Below are positions 1-12,720 of a DNA stretch of 64,000 nucleotides, piece after piece. A program made the translations under genes and the position numbers. Origin of the DNA: Malacoraja senta (taxonomy: Eukaryota); assembly GCA_038087875.1 (NCBI GenBank), contig CM075999.1, positions 4,218,001 through 4,282,000 of the forward strand, read 5' to 3'. Every line of letters starts with the position of its first letter. Within the stretch, counting starts at the first letter, position 1. The notes beneath the pieces are model-generated. The model worked only from the letters and a program-made list of their open reading frames with translations, ran no database searches and was not told the DNA's origin.

Positions 1-2847
1 GAGAAAGTCAATGTATCATGTATGAGTTGAACGTGCAGATAGCTATTAATGATTATGATATAGTTGGGATCACGGAGACATGGCTCCAGGGTGACCAAGG
101 CTGGGAGCTGAACATCCAGGGATATTCAATATTCAGGAGGGATAGAGAGAAAGGAAAAGGAGGTGGGGTAGCGTTGCTGGTTAGAGAGGAGATTAACGCA
201 GTGGAAAGGAAGGACATTAGCTTGGAGGATGTGGAATCGGTATGGGTAGAGCTGCGAAACACTAAGGGGCAGAAAACGCTGGTGGGTGTTGTGTAGAGGC
301 CACCTAACTGTAGTAGTGAAGTTGGGGATGGCATCAAACAGGAAATTAGAAATGCGGTGCAACAAAGGCAAAACAGTTATAATGGGTGACTTCAATCTAC
401 ATATAGTTTGGGTGAATCAAATTGGCAGGGGTGCTGAGGAAGAGGATTTCTTGGAATGTATGCGGGATAGTTATCTAAACCAACATGTAGAGGAACCAAC
501 GAGAGAGCAGGCTATTCTAGACTGGGTATTGAGTAATGAGGAAGGGTTAGTTAGCAGTCTTGTTGTGCGTGCCCCCTTGGGCAAGAGTGACCATAATATG
601 GTTGAGTTCTTCATTAGGATGGAAAGTGACATTGTTAATTCAGAAACAATGGTTCTGAACTTAAAGAAAGGTAACTTTGAGGGTATCAGACGTGAATTGG
701 CCAAGATTGACTGGCAATTAGTTCTAAAAGGGTTGACGGTGGATATGCAATGGAAGGCATTTAAAGACTGCATGGATGAACTACAAAAATTGTTCATCCC
801 AGTTTGGCAAAAGAATAAATCAGGGAAGGTAGTGCATCCGTGGATAACAAGGGAAATCAGGGATAGTATCAAAGCAAAAGAGATGCGTACAAATTAGCCA
901 GAAAAAGCAGCATACCGGAGGACTGGGAGAAATTCAGAGACCCGCAGAGGAGGACAAAGGGCTTAATTAGGAAAGGGAAAATAGATTATGAAAGAAAACT
1001 GGCAGGGAACATAAAAACTGACTGCAAAAGTTTTTATAGATATGTGAAGAGAAAGAGATTAGTTAAAACAAATGTAGGTCCCTTGCAGTCAGAAACAGGT
1101 GAATTGATCATGGGGAACAAGGATATGGCGGACCAATTGAATAACTACTTTGGTTCCGTCTTCACTAAGGAAGACATAAATAATCTGCCGGAAATAGCAG
1201 GGGACCGTGGGTCAAAGGAGATGGAGGAACTGAGTGAAATCCTGGTTAGTCGGGAAGTGGTGTTGGGTAAATTGATTGGATTAAAGGCCGATAAATCACC
1301 AGGGCCAGATAGCTGCATCCCAGAGTACTTAAGGAAGTAGCTCCAGAAATAGTGGATGCATTAGTGATAATTTTTCAAAACTCTTTAGATTCTGGAGTAG
1401 TTCCTGAGGATTGGAGGGTAGCAAACGTAACCCCACTTTTTAAGAAGGGAGGGAGAGAGAAAACGGGAATTACAGACCAGTTAGTCTAACATCGGTAGTG
1501 GGGAAACTGCTAGAGTCAGTTATTAAAGATGGGATAGCAGCACATTTGGAAAGTGGTGAAATCATTGGACAAAGTCAGCATGGATTTACGAAAGGTAAAT
1601 CGTGTCTGACGAATCTTATAGAATTTTTCGAGGATGTAACTAGTAGAGTGGATAGGGGAGAACCAGTGGATGTGTTGTATCTGGATTTTCAGAAGGCTTT
1701 CGACAAGGTCCCACATAAGAGATTGATATACAAACTTAAAGCACATGGTATTGGGGTTCAGTATTGATGTGGATAGAGAACTGGCTGGCAAACAGGAAGC
1801 AAAGAGTAGGAGTAAACGGGTCCTTTTCACAATGGCAGGCAGTGACTAGTGGGTACTGCAAGGCTCAGTGCTGGGACCCCAGCTATTTACAATTTATATT
1901 AATGAACTGGATGAGGAATTGAAGGCAACATCTCCAAGTTTGCTGTGAGGAGGATGCTAGGAGACTGCAAGGTGACTTGGATAGGCTGGGTGAGTGGGCA
2001 AAATGTTTGGCAGATGCAGTATAATGTGGATAAATGTGAGGTTAACCACTTTGGTGGCAAAAACAGGAAAGCAGACTATTATCTAAATGGTGGCCGATTA
2101 GGAAAAGGGGAGATGCAGCGAGACCTGGGTGTCATGGTACACCAGTCATTGAAAGTAGGCATGCAGGTGCAGCAGGCAGTGAAGAAAGCGAATGGTATGT
2201 TAGCTTTCATAGCAAAAGGATTTGAGCATAGGAGCAGGGAGGTTCTACTGCAGTTGTACAGGGTCTTGGTGAGACCACACCTGGAGTATTGCATACAGTT
2301 TTGGTCTCCAAATCTGAGGAAGGACATTATAGCCATAGAGGGAGTGCAGAGAAGGTTCACCCAGACTGATTCCTGGGATGTCAGGACTTTCATATGAAGA
2401 AAGACTGGATAGACTCGGCTTATACTTGCTAGAATTTAGGAGATTGAGAGGGGATCTTATAGAAACGTACAAAATTCTTATGGGGTTGGACAGGCTAGAT
2501 GCAGGAAGATTGTTCCCGATGTTGGGGAAGTCCAGGACAAGGGGTCACAGCTTAAGGATAAGGGGAAATCCTTTAAGACCGAGATGAGAAAAAACTTTTT
2601 CACACAGAGAGTGGTGAATCTCTGGAACTCTCTGCCACAGAGGGTAGTTGAGGCCAGTTCATTGGCTATATTTAAGAGGGAGTTAGATGTAGCCCTTGTG
2701 GCTAAAGGGATCAGGGGGTATGGAGAGAAGGCAGGTACGGGATACTGAGTTGGATGATCAGCCATGATCATATTGAATGGCGGTGCAGGCTCGAAGGGCC
2801 GAATGGCCTACTCCTGCACCTGTTTTCTATGTATCTATGTATGTATG
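1..2847 (+). mobile_element. CR1-clade LINE, ORF2 (APE endonuclease + RT) with frameshifts, plus 3' UTR
   Basis: GITETW, MGDFN, GKSDH, SQHGF, YLDFQKAFDKVPH, RPHLEYC motifs; (TATG/TATC)n tail near 2828-2847; truncated by window start. Confidence 0.96.
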
Positions 2848-3819
2848 ATGCTGACGCCTTTCATCACAACACGCCCCTCTAGCCCAGACACTGACTGCTG
2901 TCTATTCCTGGTGTTTGCCATTTACTGGGATGCTAATGTAGGGAAATGTAACGTTCACAGCCACAGTTTCATATCACAATATTTAATGTTGCCACTTGAA
3001 GCTGTATTGCTACATTTAAATATCAATGATTCCCCCTTTCACTGAAACTAGACTGGAAGGAAATGTCAACAAATATTTTCCCCTTTTGATAAGAAGCAGA
3101 AAAGTAGTGAAGAGGAAGGATAAGCAGACAATACTCACATCATCCACCTCACTGCCCTCCTCTGTACAACCAGTCCTCTCCCTCCTGCCCAGTAGTCTCA
3201 CCCAACTTCTAAATGCTCTCCCACGAGTTCTCGTGGAAGCCCCAGCCACGGCGATAGAATTAGATGGGAACGCATTTTCTTTTAAAGACAATTGAAGCAT
3301 CGCATGAGTCTGTAGTTTAGAAGTTTACTTTTGTGAACAAAACCCACTTGTGCTGATGGGAGTTGGGGGATGTAGAGAAGTGATACAGTCACTGCTGCAA
3401 CAGCCAGTTCCATTAATGCACAGCAAGTGCTTCATCCTATCCAAGACTGCAACACTTTGTGAAGCTTCAAGATATATCTTGATCTCAGTCACACGCCCAC
3501 AGTTCACAGAAGCACATCCCGTGACAAAATACCATCGCACAAATATACAAATATACAAACTAAATACGTGTCTTGAGATTATTTTCTGAAATTTGTGTAA
3601 ATTATTGAGTGGTTGTGTACAAAAAATGTATATTTGGGTCTTAATCAGTTGGTGCTAGAATAAAAATGGCAATGTTTCCCACTGTCCTCTGTGAATGTAG
3701 ATTTTTACATTGCTTAACATTTAATACTCAGAGCAAACCCTGTCCCCATAGGATCTGTGCCTGTGTTGGGATAGTCTGATGCCCACAGCTCAGTATCAGA
3801 CCCATGCTGTAATCATGGG

Positions 3820-3960
3820 TGGTGGTGGCCAGGGAGGGAGGTGAGGGAGGGGAGTGGAGGGCAGGGGAGGTGAGGGAGGGGGGAGGGGAGAGGGGGGAGG
3901 GGAGGGCAGAGGAGGTGAGGGAGGGGAGTGGAGGGGGGGAGGGGTGGGGGATCAGGGGAA
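3820..3960 (+). repeat. G/A-rich low-complexity repeat (G-quadruplex-prone)
   Basis: Repeated gaggtgagggagggg units, many GGG+ runs. Confidence 0.7.
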
Positions 3961-5896
3961 GACACTGCACCCCAAGCACTACTCCACACTACAATGATCA
4001 CAAATGGACTAGGTCAGCTGCTCCCCTTCAGCCTAGAGTCGCTAGCACTGATTAGTACGGGTGTCAGGGGTTACGGGGAGAAGGCAGGGGTGGAGAGGGA
4101 AAGATAGATCCGCCATAATTGAATGACTTAATGGGCCGAATGGCCTAATTCTGTTCCATCACTTATGAGCAGAAACTTGGCCTCCTGAGGTCTTGGAGTT
4201 CCATTTTAATTAATTTGTGTGGCTTCGAGAACAGTCTTTACAACTGAATATTCCTTTAATCATAAATACAACCTAAAGTGTATTTAATAAATACTCAGAT
4301 AGTCGTAGCATCTGTGCAGAAAGATTCTGGCACAAAGGATTGCAGGTATCCTGCAGCATGGCAATACCTGAGCACTGGTCCCCGTGATGGGTGGGGGCTT
4401 TGTACAATCGTGCTCCAGTTTACTTAGAACAAACCATCATTTATTGTACGTTTATTTGTTTGTTATCGTTGTATCTAATGTGCCTGTAAAGTGACAACAG
4501 GTCACAGTTTAACATCCGCCGCATGCACAAACACGTCTGACTCCAGAGTATCTCTCGTTTTTAATTCTCGTTTCTAATTTACATAAGCTGCACTTAATTT
4601 CTTTAAGAAAAATCCATCCGTTTTGTAGTGATCTCTTCAAACTTGAACCTAGTCGACAGTAAGTGAGTGGTAGCCCAGAAACAATGGTAGTGTACACATG
4701 AGCAAGGTAGCACAAAGAGGACATTAATGAGGAAAGCAAACGGCAGGTCCACAGATCAAAGCGGTGTGGCTGCTGCAGGTCAAAGATCATTCATCAGGGG
4801 AAAGGCCCTGGATTTGAAACATTTACTCTCTCTCTCTCTCTCTCTCTCTACAGATGCTGCCTGACCTGCCGAATAGCTCTAGCACTTATTATTTCAGACC
4901 AAATTGTGCTTTCAGATTCCTTATGGAATGCAAGTTTTCTGTTTTCACAAAGCATTTGTTTTCTTTTATAACGTTCTCACCTGTCACAACCAGAAAGCGC
5001 GCTGAACAGAGAGATCTCAGTTTAAAGACCCAATAACCACAAGCTGAACTCTGCTCCTGCCCACCTCTCTTCAAGCCCTTGCCCCTGGTGAGGCTGAGCT
5101 GTAAACACTAACCTCCAGCACCACCCTGCAATAAATCTCTGGACACATCCCACCATCACCGTGACAGGGTGGATGGGGCATAACATTTCCACATCCCCGA
5201 TTCAATATTAACCGTTCAAAACAGAATTCAATTAACATTAGCTTATGATTGGCTACAAGGAATGATTTTTTTTTAAATAGAGAACTCACAAGATTTTTAA
5301 ATGCCAATAGATTTAGCATCTAAATTATTTTCACTTTTATTTTGTAATGCTCCAGTTTGAAAGCAGCTTTTGCTTCACTGTGACTAATGGAGAAACAACT
5401 TCCCATCAGCATTGTCGCTGACTTTTTTATTTAAAAGGTGCTCAAACAGAGAACGCATTAGTGAATTAACTGTATAATTTAACTTTCATAGCTACAAGTG
5501 CAAATCTGTAAAAGATCTAAGGGAATTTGAATTACAAAACTAATGGTTTCTTATATCTGAGGGCTAGAAAATGCATGTATAATTTAAAATATATATTGCA
5601 CAAACAACCAGCTTAATTACCAGGAAACTAAATATCATTAGAAACATTCAGTGATGGCCTCTCACCGAATAGAAGTCAACAGTAATAAACCATGCTGATA
5701 GATCTTGGAGTCACATGCTCAAAAGCCTGTATATGATACAATAGCATGCAGTAGAAAAGATGTTACTCAAGCTTATTGAAGCAATGGCATACAATACCTG
5801 TATTTACACTACGGGCTAAGAATATAAACACCGTTTCCATTACATCAAGAAAAAACAATTCGAGAAATCAGCAGGAAATGTAGTGTCCAATGCATT

Positions 5897-5929
5897 TTAT
5901 TCCCAATTCTCCCAATCCTCATCTTCCAG
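5897..5929 (-). CDS. BSDC1: BSDC1 exon 11, last coding exon (LEDEDWENWE*)
   Basis: tttcag|CTG GAA GAT GAG GAT TGG GAG AAT TGG GAA TAA; human ends LEDVEWEDWE; total CDS about 453 aa after indel correction. Confidence 0.94.
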   Translation of the reverse strand: MEDEDWENWE

Positions 5930-6031
5930 CTGAAAGAGAAAACATTTACAAATGAGGCCATCTGTTGGACAGTAGCTGCAGTAGTATTTACCTGCGTACA
6001 GTCACAGCGGACACAAACCAAGGCGTTGTAC

Positions 6032-6138
6032 CTGATGATCTGTCACATCCACCTGCGATAGTGCCAACTGGACCTCCTCCTCAGTCATATCCAGATCAAA
6101 GTCTTTTTCCCAGTCCTCACTGATGTCAGTGCTCGACC
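6032..6138 (-). CDS. BSDC1: BSDC1 exon 10 (GSSTDISEDWEKDFDLDMTEEEVQLALSQVDVTDHQ)
   Basis: cag|...|gtacaa, 107 nt; highly conserved acidic C-terminal motif. Confidence 0.95.
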
Positions 6139-6261
6139 CTGAAATTAATATTCAGAGTGAAAGCCGGCAACAATCTGACATTTACTTTGAATGTCCTCAG
6201 CAAGATTTATAAATATCTTCTTGTATTATATTAGCATTTAAATTATTTTATGGATGTTTGC

Positions 6262-8190
6262 ACAAATGATATTGGGAGGAAACGTCTTGAGGTCCTGCAA
6301 AATGATTATAGGGAGTTAGGCAATGGTTGAAAAGCAGAAGCTCCAGGCAGTGATGTCTGGATTATTCCTGGTTCCACGTGCTAGTGAGGGCCGGAACAGA
6401 AAGAGAGAACAGATTAATGTGCGGCTGAGGAGTTGGGGCAGGGGGCAGGGATTCAGATCTTAGGACATTGGGATCTGTTCAGGAGCAAAGGTTCTCGTGT
6501 ACAAGAAGGATGGGATGCACCTGAACAGGATGGGAACGAATATCTTGGCTGTCAGGTTTGTTAGGGTGCTAGTGTTACACAGGTGGAGTTTAAACTAGAT
6601 TGGCAGAGGGGTGGGATCCTGTACAGGACTGAGGCAGATGTGAGGCTTGAAGTCTGTATGGAAGGTGATGAAAAAAAGGCAGAATAAGTAGCAACACGGC
6701 AGGAACCGAGCAAGGACTGTTGGCTTTAATTGCATTTATTTTTATGCGAGAATGTCCGACAGGTAAGGTGGATGAACTCAGGGCGTGGGTAGGTATGTGT
6801 GATTGGGCCATTACGGCTAAGAAGGGGACACGACTAACAGCTTAATATTCCAGGTACACGTGCTGCAGGAGAGAAAGAGAGAGAGCGGTGGGGGTAGACA
6901 GAAGGGCAGTTGCTTAATTCATGAAGGAGAGTGTCACAGCTGTAATTTTTTGAGGATGTAACTAGGAACATGGAAAAGGGAGAGCCAGTGGATGTAGTGT
7001 ACCTGGACTTTCAGAAAGCCTTTGATAAGGTCCCACATAGATTAGTGGGCAAAATTAGGGCACATGGTATTGGGGGTAGAGTGCTGACATGGATAGAAAA
7101 TTGGTTGGCAGACAGGACACAAAGAGTAGGGATTAACGGGTCCCTTTCAGAATGGCAGGCAGTGACTAGTGGGGCACCTCAATGCTCGGTGCTGGGACCG
7201 CAGCTACTTACAATATACGTCAATAGATGAAGAGATTCAAAGTAACATTAGCAAATTTGCAGATGACACAAAGCTGGGTTGCAGCGTGAACTGTAAGGAG
7301 GATGCTATGAGGATGCAGGGTGACTTGGACAGGTTGGATGAGTGGGCAGATGCATGGCAGATGCAGTTTAATGTGGATAAATGTGAGGTTATCCACCTTG
7401 GTAGGAAAAACAGGAAGGCAAATTATCTAAATGGTGTTAAGTTGGGAAAAGGGGAAGTACAACAGGATCTGGGGGTCCTTGTTCATCAGTCAATGAAAGT
7501 AAGCATGCAGGTACAGCAGGCAGTGAATAAAGCGAAAGGCATGTTGGCCTTCATAACAAGAAGAGTTGAGTATAGGAGCAAAGAGGTCCTTCTGCAGTTG
7601 TATGGGACCCCCAGTGAGACCACACCTGGAGTATTGTGTGCAGTTTTGGTCCCCTAATTTGAGGAAGGATATTCTTGCTATTGAGGGAGTGCAGCGTAGG
7701 TTTACAAGGTTAATTCCCGGGATGGCAGGACTGTCAAATGCTGAGAGAATGGAGCAGCTGGGCTTGTATAATCTGGAGTTTAAAAGCATGAGAGAGGATC
7801 TGATTGAAACATATAAGATTATTAAGGCTTTGGACACGCTAGAGGCAGGAAACATGTTCCCCATGTTGGGGGAGTCGAAAACCAGGGGCCACAGTTTAAG
7901 AATAAGGGGCAAGCCATTTAGAACGGAGATGAGGAAACACTTTTTCACACAGAGAGTTGTGAGTCTGTGGAATTATCTGCGGTGGAGGCCAGTCTCTGGA
8001 TACTTTCAAGAGAGAGCTAGATAGGGTAAGAGCCTAGGGTAAGATTGCGGAGTCAGGGGATATGGGGAGAAGGCAGGAAGGGGGGTACTGATTTGGGATG
8101 ATCAGTCATGATCACATTGAATGGCGGTGCTGGCTCGAAGAGCCTACTCCTGCACCTATTGGCCATTCTCTATTGTCTATTGTCTATTTA
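6262..8190 (+). mobile_element. Degenerate CR1 LINE: ORF1 esterase-like remnant, 5' ORF2 remnant, internal deletion, RT/3' end
   Basis: TNDIGRK-like ORF1 remnant near 6262-6290; RT ORFs 6970..8024 (YLDFQKAFDKVPH, KFADDTK); (CTATTGT)n tail. Confidence 0.88.
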
Positions 8191-8845
8191 CACAGTTTCT
8201 TTAGCCAGTTCACTTCTTCTTTATGGTGAATGACCTTTGACAATCCCATGATTCCTTGCGTGTTTCGGAATACCGAACTCACTTATTGCTGGAGCTATAT
8301 CCTTGTCATGTTCTCAACACACCTTGTATTGAAGGCCAATGGACAACTGCTGTCCCCTCATTTGTCAGTTTTACACCAGAACACACTGTAATAAACCCCC
8401 CCAATCTACCACTCTTTAAATAACACTCTGCCTTTCTGATGGAAACCTTTACATTTACGCTTAGTCGGCAAGTTGGGACGAAGGGCCTGTTTCCGTGCTG
8501 CATGATTCTACCACTCCATCTTACACTGGTTCTGCCATTTATTCATCCACCCTTTCAACTTGTCTAAATCACCTCAAAATCTTCCTACATCCTCTTTATA
8601 ATTCCATTGTTTAGACAACCTTACACTCTGTTCTCTTATCCAAATCATTGCCGCACCAAAAAGCAGAGAAATTGTGTTCCGTTCATTTTCTATTTTTTAA
8701 ATTCTCCATCTCTCTTGATGGAAAGTATTAACTCATCGATTCATATTCCTGCATATTAAGATTTAAACACCACCTTTCTTTCAGATGTAACTTTGAACTG
8801 GATTAGTTTGACCGCATGAAGTTTTAGCCTCATGTAGCAAATCAA

Positions 8846-9153
8846 TGTTTAGTTTAGAGATACAGTGCGGAAACAGGTCTTCGGCCCACTGGGTTCGCAC
8901 CTACCAGCGACCTTCGCACATTAACACTATCCAACACATACTAGGGACAATTTACACTTATACCAAGCCAATTAACCTACAAACCTGCACGTTAGGTTTG
9001 GAGTGTGGGAGGAAACTGAAGATCCCGGAGAAAACCCATGCGGTCATGGGGAGAACATACAAACTCCGTACAGACAGCACCCGTAGTCAGGATCGAACCC
9101 GGGTGTCCGGCGCTGCAAGCATTGCAAGGCAGCTACTCTACCCGCTGCGCCAC
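8846..9153 (-). mobile_element. tRNA-derived V-SINE (HE1-like)
   Basis: Minus: GTGGCGCAGCGG A-box, GGTTCGATCC B-box, V-domain TGGGTTTTCTCCGGG...TTTCCTCCCACA, CR1-like tail. Confidence 0.8.
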
Positions 9154-9309
9154 AAATGTGATAGCTCATCACGATTATTACAATGGGCCGATATGAGGAT
9201 ATTACAATTAAAAATCAAATTTCACAACTTTAAAAATGCCTGAAAATGTATCGTACACGAATTGTCCACGATGATCCCTCCCCCCCCCCCCCTCCCCCTC
9301 ACGCATTAC

Positions 9310-9847
9310 CTTTCTTTCCATTATTGGAAGGCGTGGACTTCCCACTGTCTGAAATTGAGTTCATACACTCTCAAATCAGTTGGTCCATCATCTTTTGTCG
9401 TCTCCAGTCTCACTGTATTCTTTGCCTCAGCCACTCCTCCAGTCGAGCCCTTTGCTTTCTGATCTTTCAATGATCCATTTGCATCTTTGGCCGAGGTGGG
9501 AACCCGGTCCTTGGCTGTGGGAAGATGAGGTTTCTCTTCCTGCTCTGGCACCAACCTCGCCGAACTTCCCTCAGCTTTCTCCCAATCTCCTTCACTGTCT
9601 CCTCAGACCTCGATGTCTCACTGGGAAGTGGACACCTGGCTTTGCAATTGGAGTTCTACAGGGCTCTGTTCAGCAGTTGTAGACTGGTGCTCTGATGGTG
9701 CTTGGCCAATGGAACTAACATCCACACTCTCAAGTTCAACGGAGTTCTCTGTTCTGGAGCACAGCACCGGAGGTTGCACAGGTAATGCTGAGGTCAGTGA
9801 CAAATGCTGAACATCTGAGTTAAGAGGCAAAGCCCCAACAAATTCAT
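9310..9847 (-). CDS. BSDC1: BSDC1 exon 9 (large low-complexity exon; about three apparent 1-bp indels in this assembly)
   Basis: ttcag|AT GAA TTT...AAG AAA G|gtaatg; ends PTDLRVYELN(S)DSGKSTPSNNGKK after removing one extra T near 9353; 538 nt, one more than phase requires. Confidence 0.88.
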
Positions 9848-10246
9848 CTGAAAATGTACAATCATGGAATAGAATTATTTCTGTCACTCATTATACACAA
9901 TCAATTTTTAACTACAAAGTCCGGACTATTCCAGGTTATATTACCACACCACTTGGATAACTGGTTGGAATAATATGCCACTAAGAAAATGCTACTTAAT
10001 TTACTTGAAGTTTATAATAAACTTATCTGCTCTAGGCATTTATACAATTTCATAAATATTATTAACTTTGTTTAATTTGAAATATTTTAATCTTAAGTAT
10101 TTGCCAAACACTTGCTCTTGGTTTGCCAAGGACGACTGGGTCTCCCAGTTGCTGTCAGAGTCTCTGCACAAACACATGTTTAAGTGGGATCTTGAAAGCT
10201 ATTTACTCTTAGCCTCCAAAGCAGAGTAATTGCCAGCGATGCTTAC

Positions 10247-10331
10247 CCTCCTCCTCCTCCTCCCACTGGAGTTCCTCGGACTGAGAAGTCTGCTCTGCTC
10301 TCTGTTTCAACGCTATTCTCCTGCTTTCCTC
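10247..10331 (-). CDS. BSDC1: BSDC1 exon 8 (EESRRIALKQRAEQTSQSEELQWEEEEE)
   Basis: cag|...|gtaagc, 85 nt; ALKQRAEQ...WEEEEE motif. Confidence 0.95.
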
Positions 10332-11719
10332 CTGAAAGCAAACACAATGACTTATCACTTGCTCCAAGCACCAGCAGGGAATTACACTATTTGTAGTAGA
10401 CTACAGGACAAGTTACTGAATATGAATTTTAACATTAAATAAATAACCCTATTCTAATTTCTTAGATACTTAGAAACTAAGTATACATGCAACTTGACAT
10501 AAAGTTAAGAAATTTCATACAGAAAAACTATAGTGTCTCCATAATGTTTGGGACAAAGACCCATCATTATTTATTTGCCTCTGTACTCCACAATTTGAGA
10601 TTTGTAATAGAAAAAAAGTCACATGTGGTTAAAGTTCACATTGTCAGATTTTATTAAAGGGTATTTTTATACATTTTGGTTTCAGCCTGTAGAAATTACA
10701 GCAGTATTTATACATAGTTCCCCCCCCCCCCCCCCCCCCCCCCAATTTCAGGGCACCATAGCGTTTGGGACACATGGTGTCACAGGTGTTTGTATTGCTC
10801 AGGTGCGTTTAATTGCCTCCTTAATGCAGGCATAAGAGAGCTCTCAGCACCTAGTCTTTCCTCCAGTCTTTCTATCACCTTTGGAAACTTTTATTGCTGT
10901 TTATCAACATGAGGACCAAAGTTGTGCCAATGAAAGTCAAAGAAGCCATTATGAGAAACAAGAATAAAACTGTTAAGAGACATCAGCCCAAACCTTAGGC
11001 TTACCAAAATCAACTGTTTGGAACATCATTAAGAAGAAAGAGGAGCACTGGTGAGCTTACTAATCGCAGAGGGGCTGGCAGGCCAAGGAAGATCTCCACA
11101 GCTGATGACAGAAGAATTCTCTCTAATATAAAGAAATATCCACAAACATCTGTCCGGCAGAACAAAAACACTCTTCAGGAGTCAGGTGTGGATTTGTCAA
11201 TGACCACTGTCCGCAGAAGACTTCATGAATAGTAAGATTAAACGAGAACTTACCAGTTTGAAGTTTGATCTTTATTTTTATGAGGCGTTACGATGAGGAT
11301 AACATGAAGAACCCGTCAGCACGCATGCGCGTCAAACCTTCAAAGCAGCGGTATGGAGTCACAGACAGGAAACATTGACCTGAGAATAGTAAGATTCGAG
11401 AAACTAGAACTACCAGCTGAGTTTTATGAGGAGGGGTTGGGAGCGGAGGGCACGTAATCCCTCATCGTAACGCCTCATAAAATAAAGATCAAACTTCAAA
11501 CTGGTAAGTTCTCGTTTAATCGTACTATTTTACTTCGGAGTCACGTGAGTGACTACGTGAAGATTTTAAAGCTCTGTGATGTCATGCCGTGGAACAAGTC
11601 CATGCGTCACACACTGTATAGTTGACCAATGGAGAGTGGACAAAAAAGACTGTTCAGTCATGACATAAATGAAACAAATTGACAATTTTATGTACAAAGA
11701 AAACAACAATAGTCACCTC

Positions 11720-12720
11720 TCTACCCGAGAGGGACTATAAACCCGAACTTTAAACTGAGTTTGCAAACACACTCGGTCTGGCTAAAGGTTTGTTATAGAA
11801 CGTATGAAACGTCTGTTCTGAGGACCATCCTGCGGCCGATAAAATCTGGTCTAGCGGGACGTCCATGACCCTCGCTGCGGACGTACTGCAGCCCTGGTGG
11901 AATGAGATTTAAACATACGAGTATCAACCCCAGCATCTGCCAGAACCTGTTTCAGCCACCTGGAAATGGTCTGAGCTGAAACCCTATTATGTGGCTACTT
12001 GTGGCTGACCAATAATGATAATTCAGACCCCCTAAGTCCCTTGGTAACCTTGATGTATTGCTGGAGGTGAGCAACTACACATAATTTAGGATCCGAAGGG
12101 TATGCCATGAACTGTAATTTTAAGACCCGAAGTACCTGTCTAATCTGTTTAATAGGGTCGTACACAAAAAAGATGAAACCACTGGCAGAGGTGAGCATCC
12201 TGTCCAGTCGCAGCTTCTGCAACAACTGGACCCTTTGAGCTGACACTCAAGCCATAAGCATGGCCACCTTATGCATGAGCCGGAGTAGAGACAGGGATGT
12301 AACTGGAGACCATGAGCGAAGTAGAGTTAGGACCACCCCTACATCCCAAATTTCAGTGTATCTGGGCTTAGGAGGGTTCAAATTGAAGACTCCCCTCATG
12401 AACCTTGAAACTAAAGGGTGAGATCCCACAGACTGGTGTTCTGAACTCGGCAGCAAGTATGATGACAGCGCACTTCTGGCACAATTTAGAGAACTATAGC
12501 TTAATTTCTCATCGAAATGCAATTTCGAGAGGAACCCCAAAACATCCGTAATGTGTGCTGCGTCATACGAGATATCGGACTGCTTACAGAACACTTCCCA
12601 TTCCCTTATGTATGAGGCATACTGTTTTTGGGTACTTTTCCTCCAGGCCACAGTTAGCACATCCACCGTACGATCAGCTAGTCCCAATCCGAGGAAAGGT
12701 CTTCTCAAAACCGCAAATCA
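11720..12720 (-). pseudogene. DIRS tyrosine recombinase
   Basis: ORFs 12247..12708 and 11995..12246 (STQKQYAS, HPLVSRF, WDV, SAQR), then TISRWLK, HSTRAA, GWSS..TFHTFY by manual translation; in-frame stops and a frameshift. Confidence 0.88.

Noticed and set aside
11230..11527. Long inverted repeat as pre-miRNA or MITE
   Set aside because: Explained by the DIRS terminal extension and ICR
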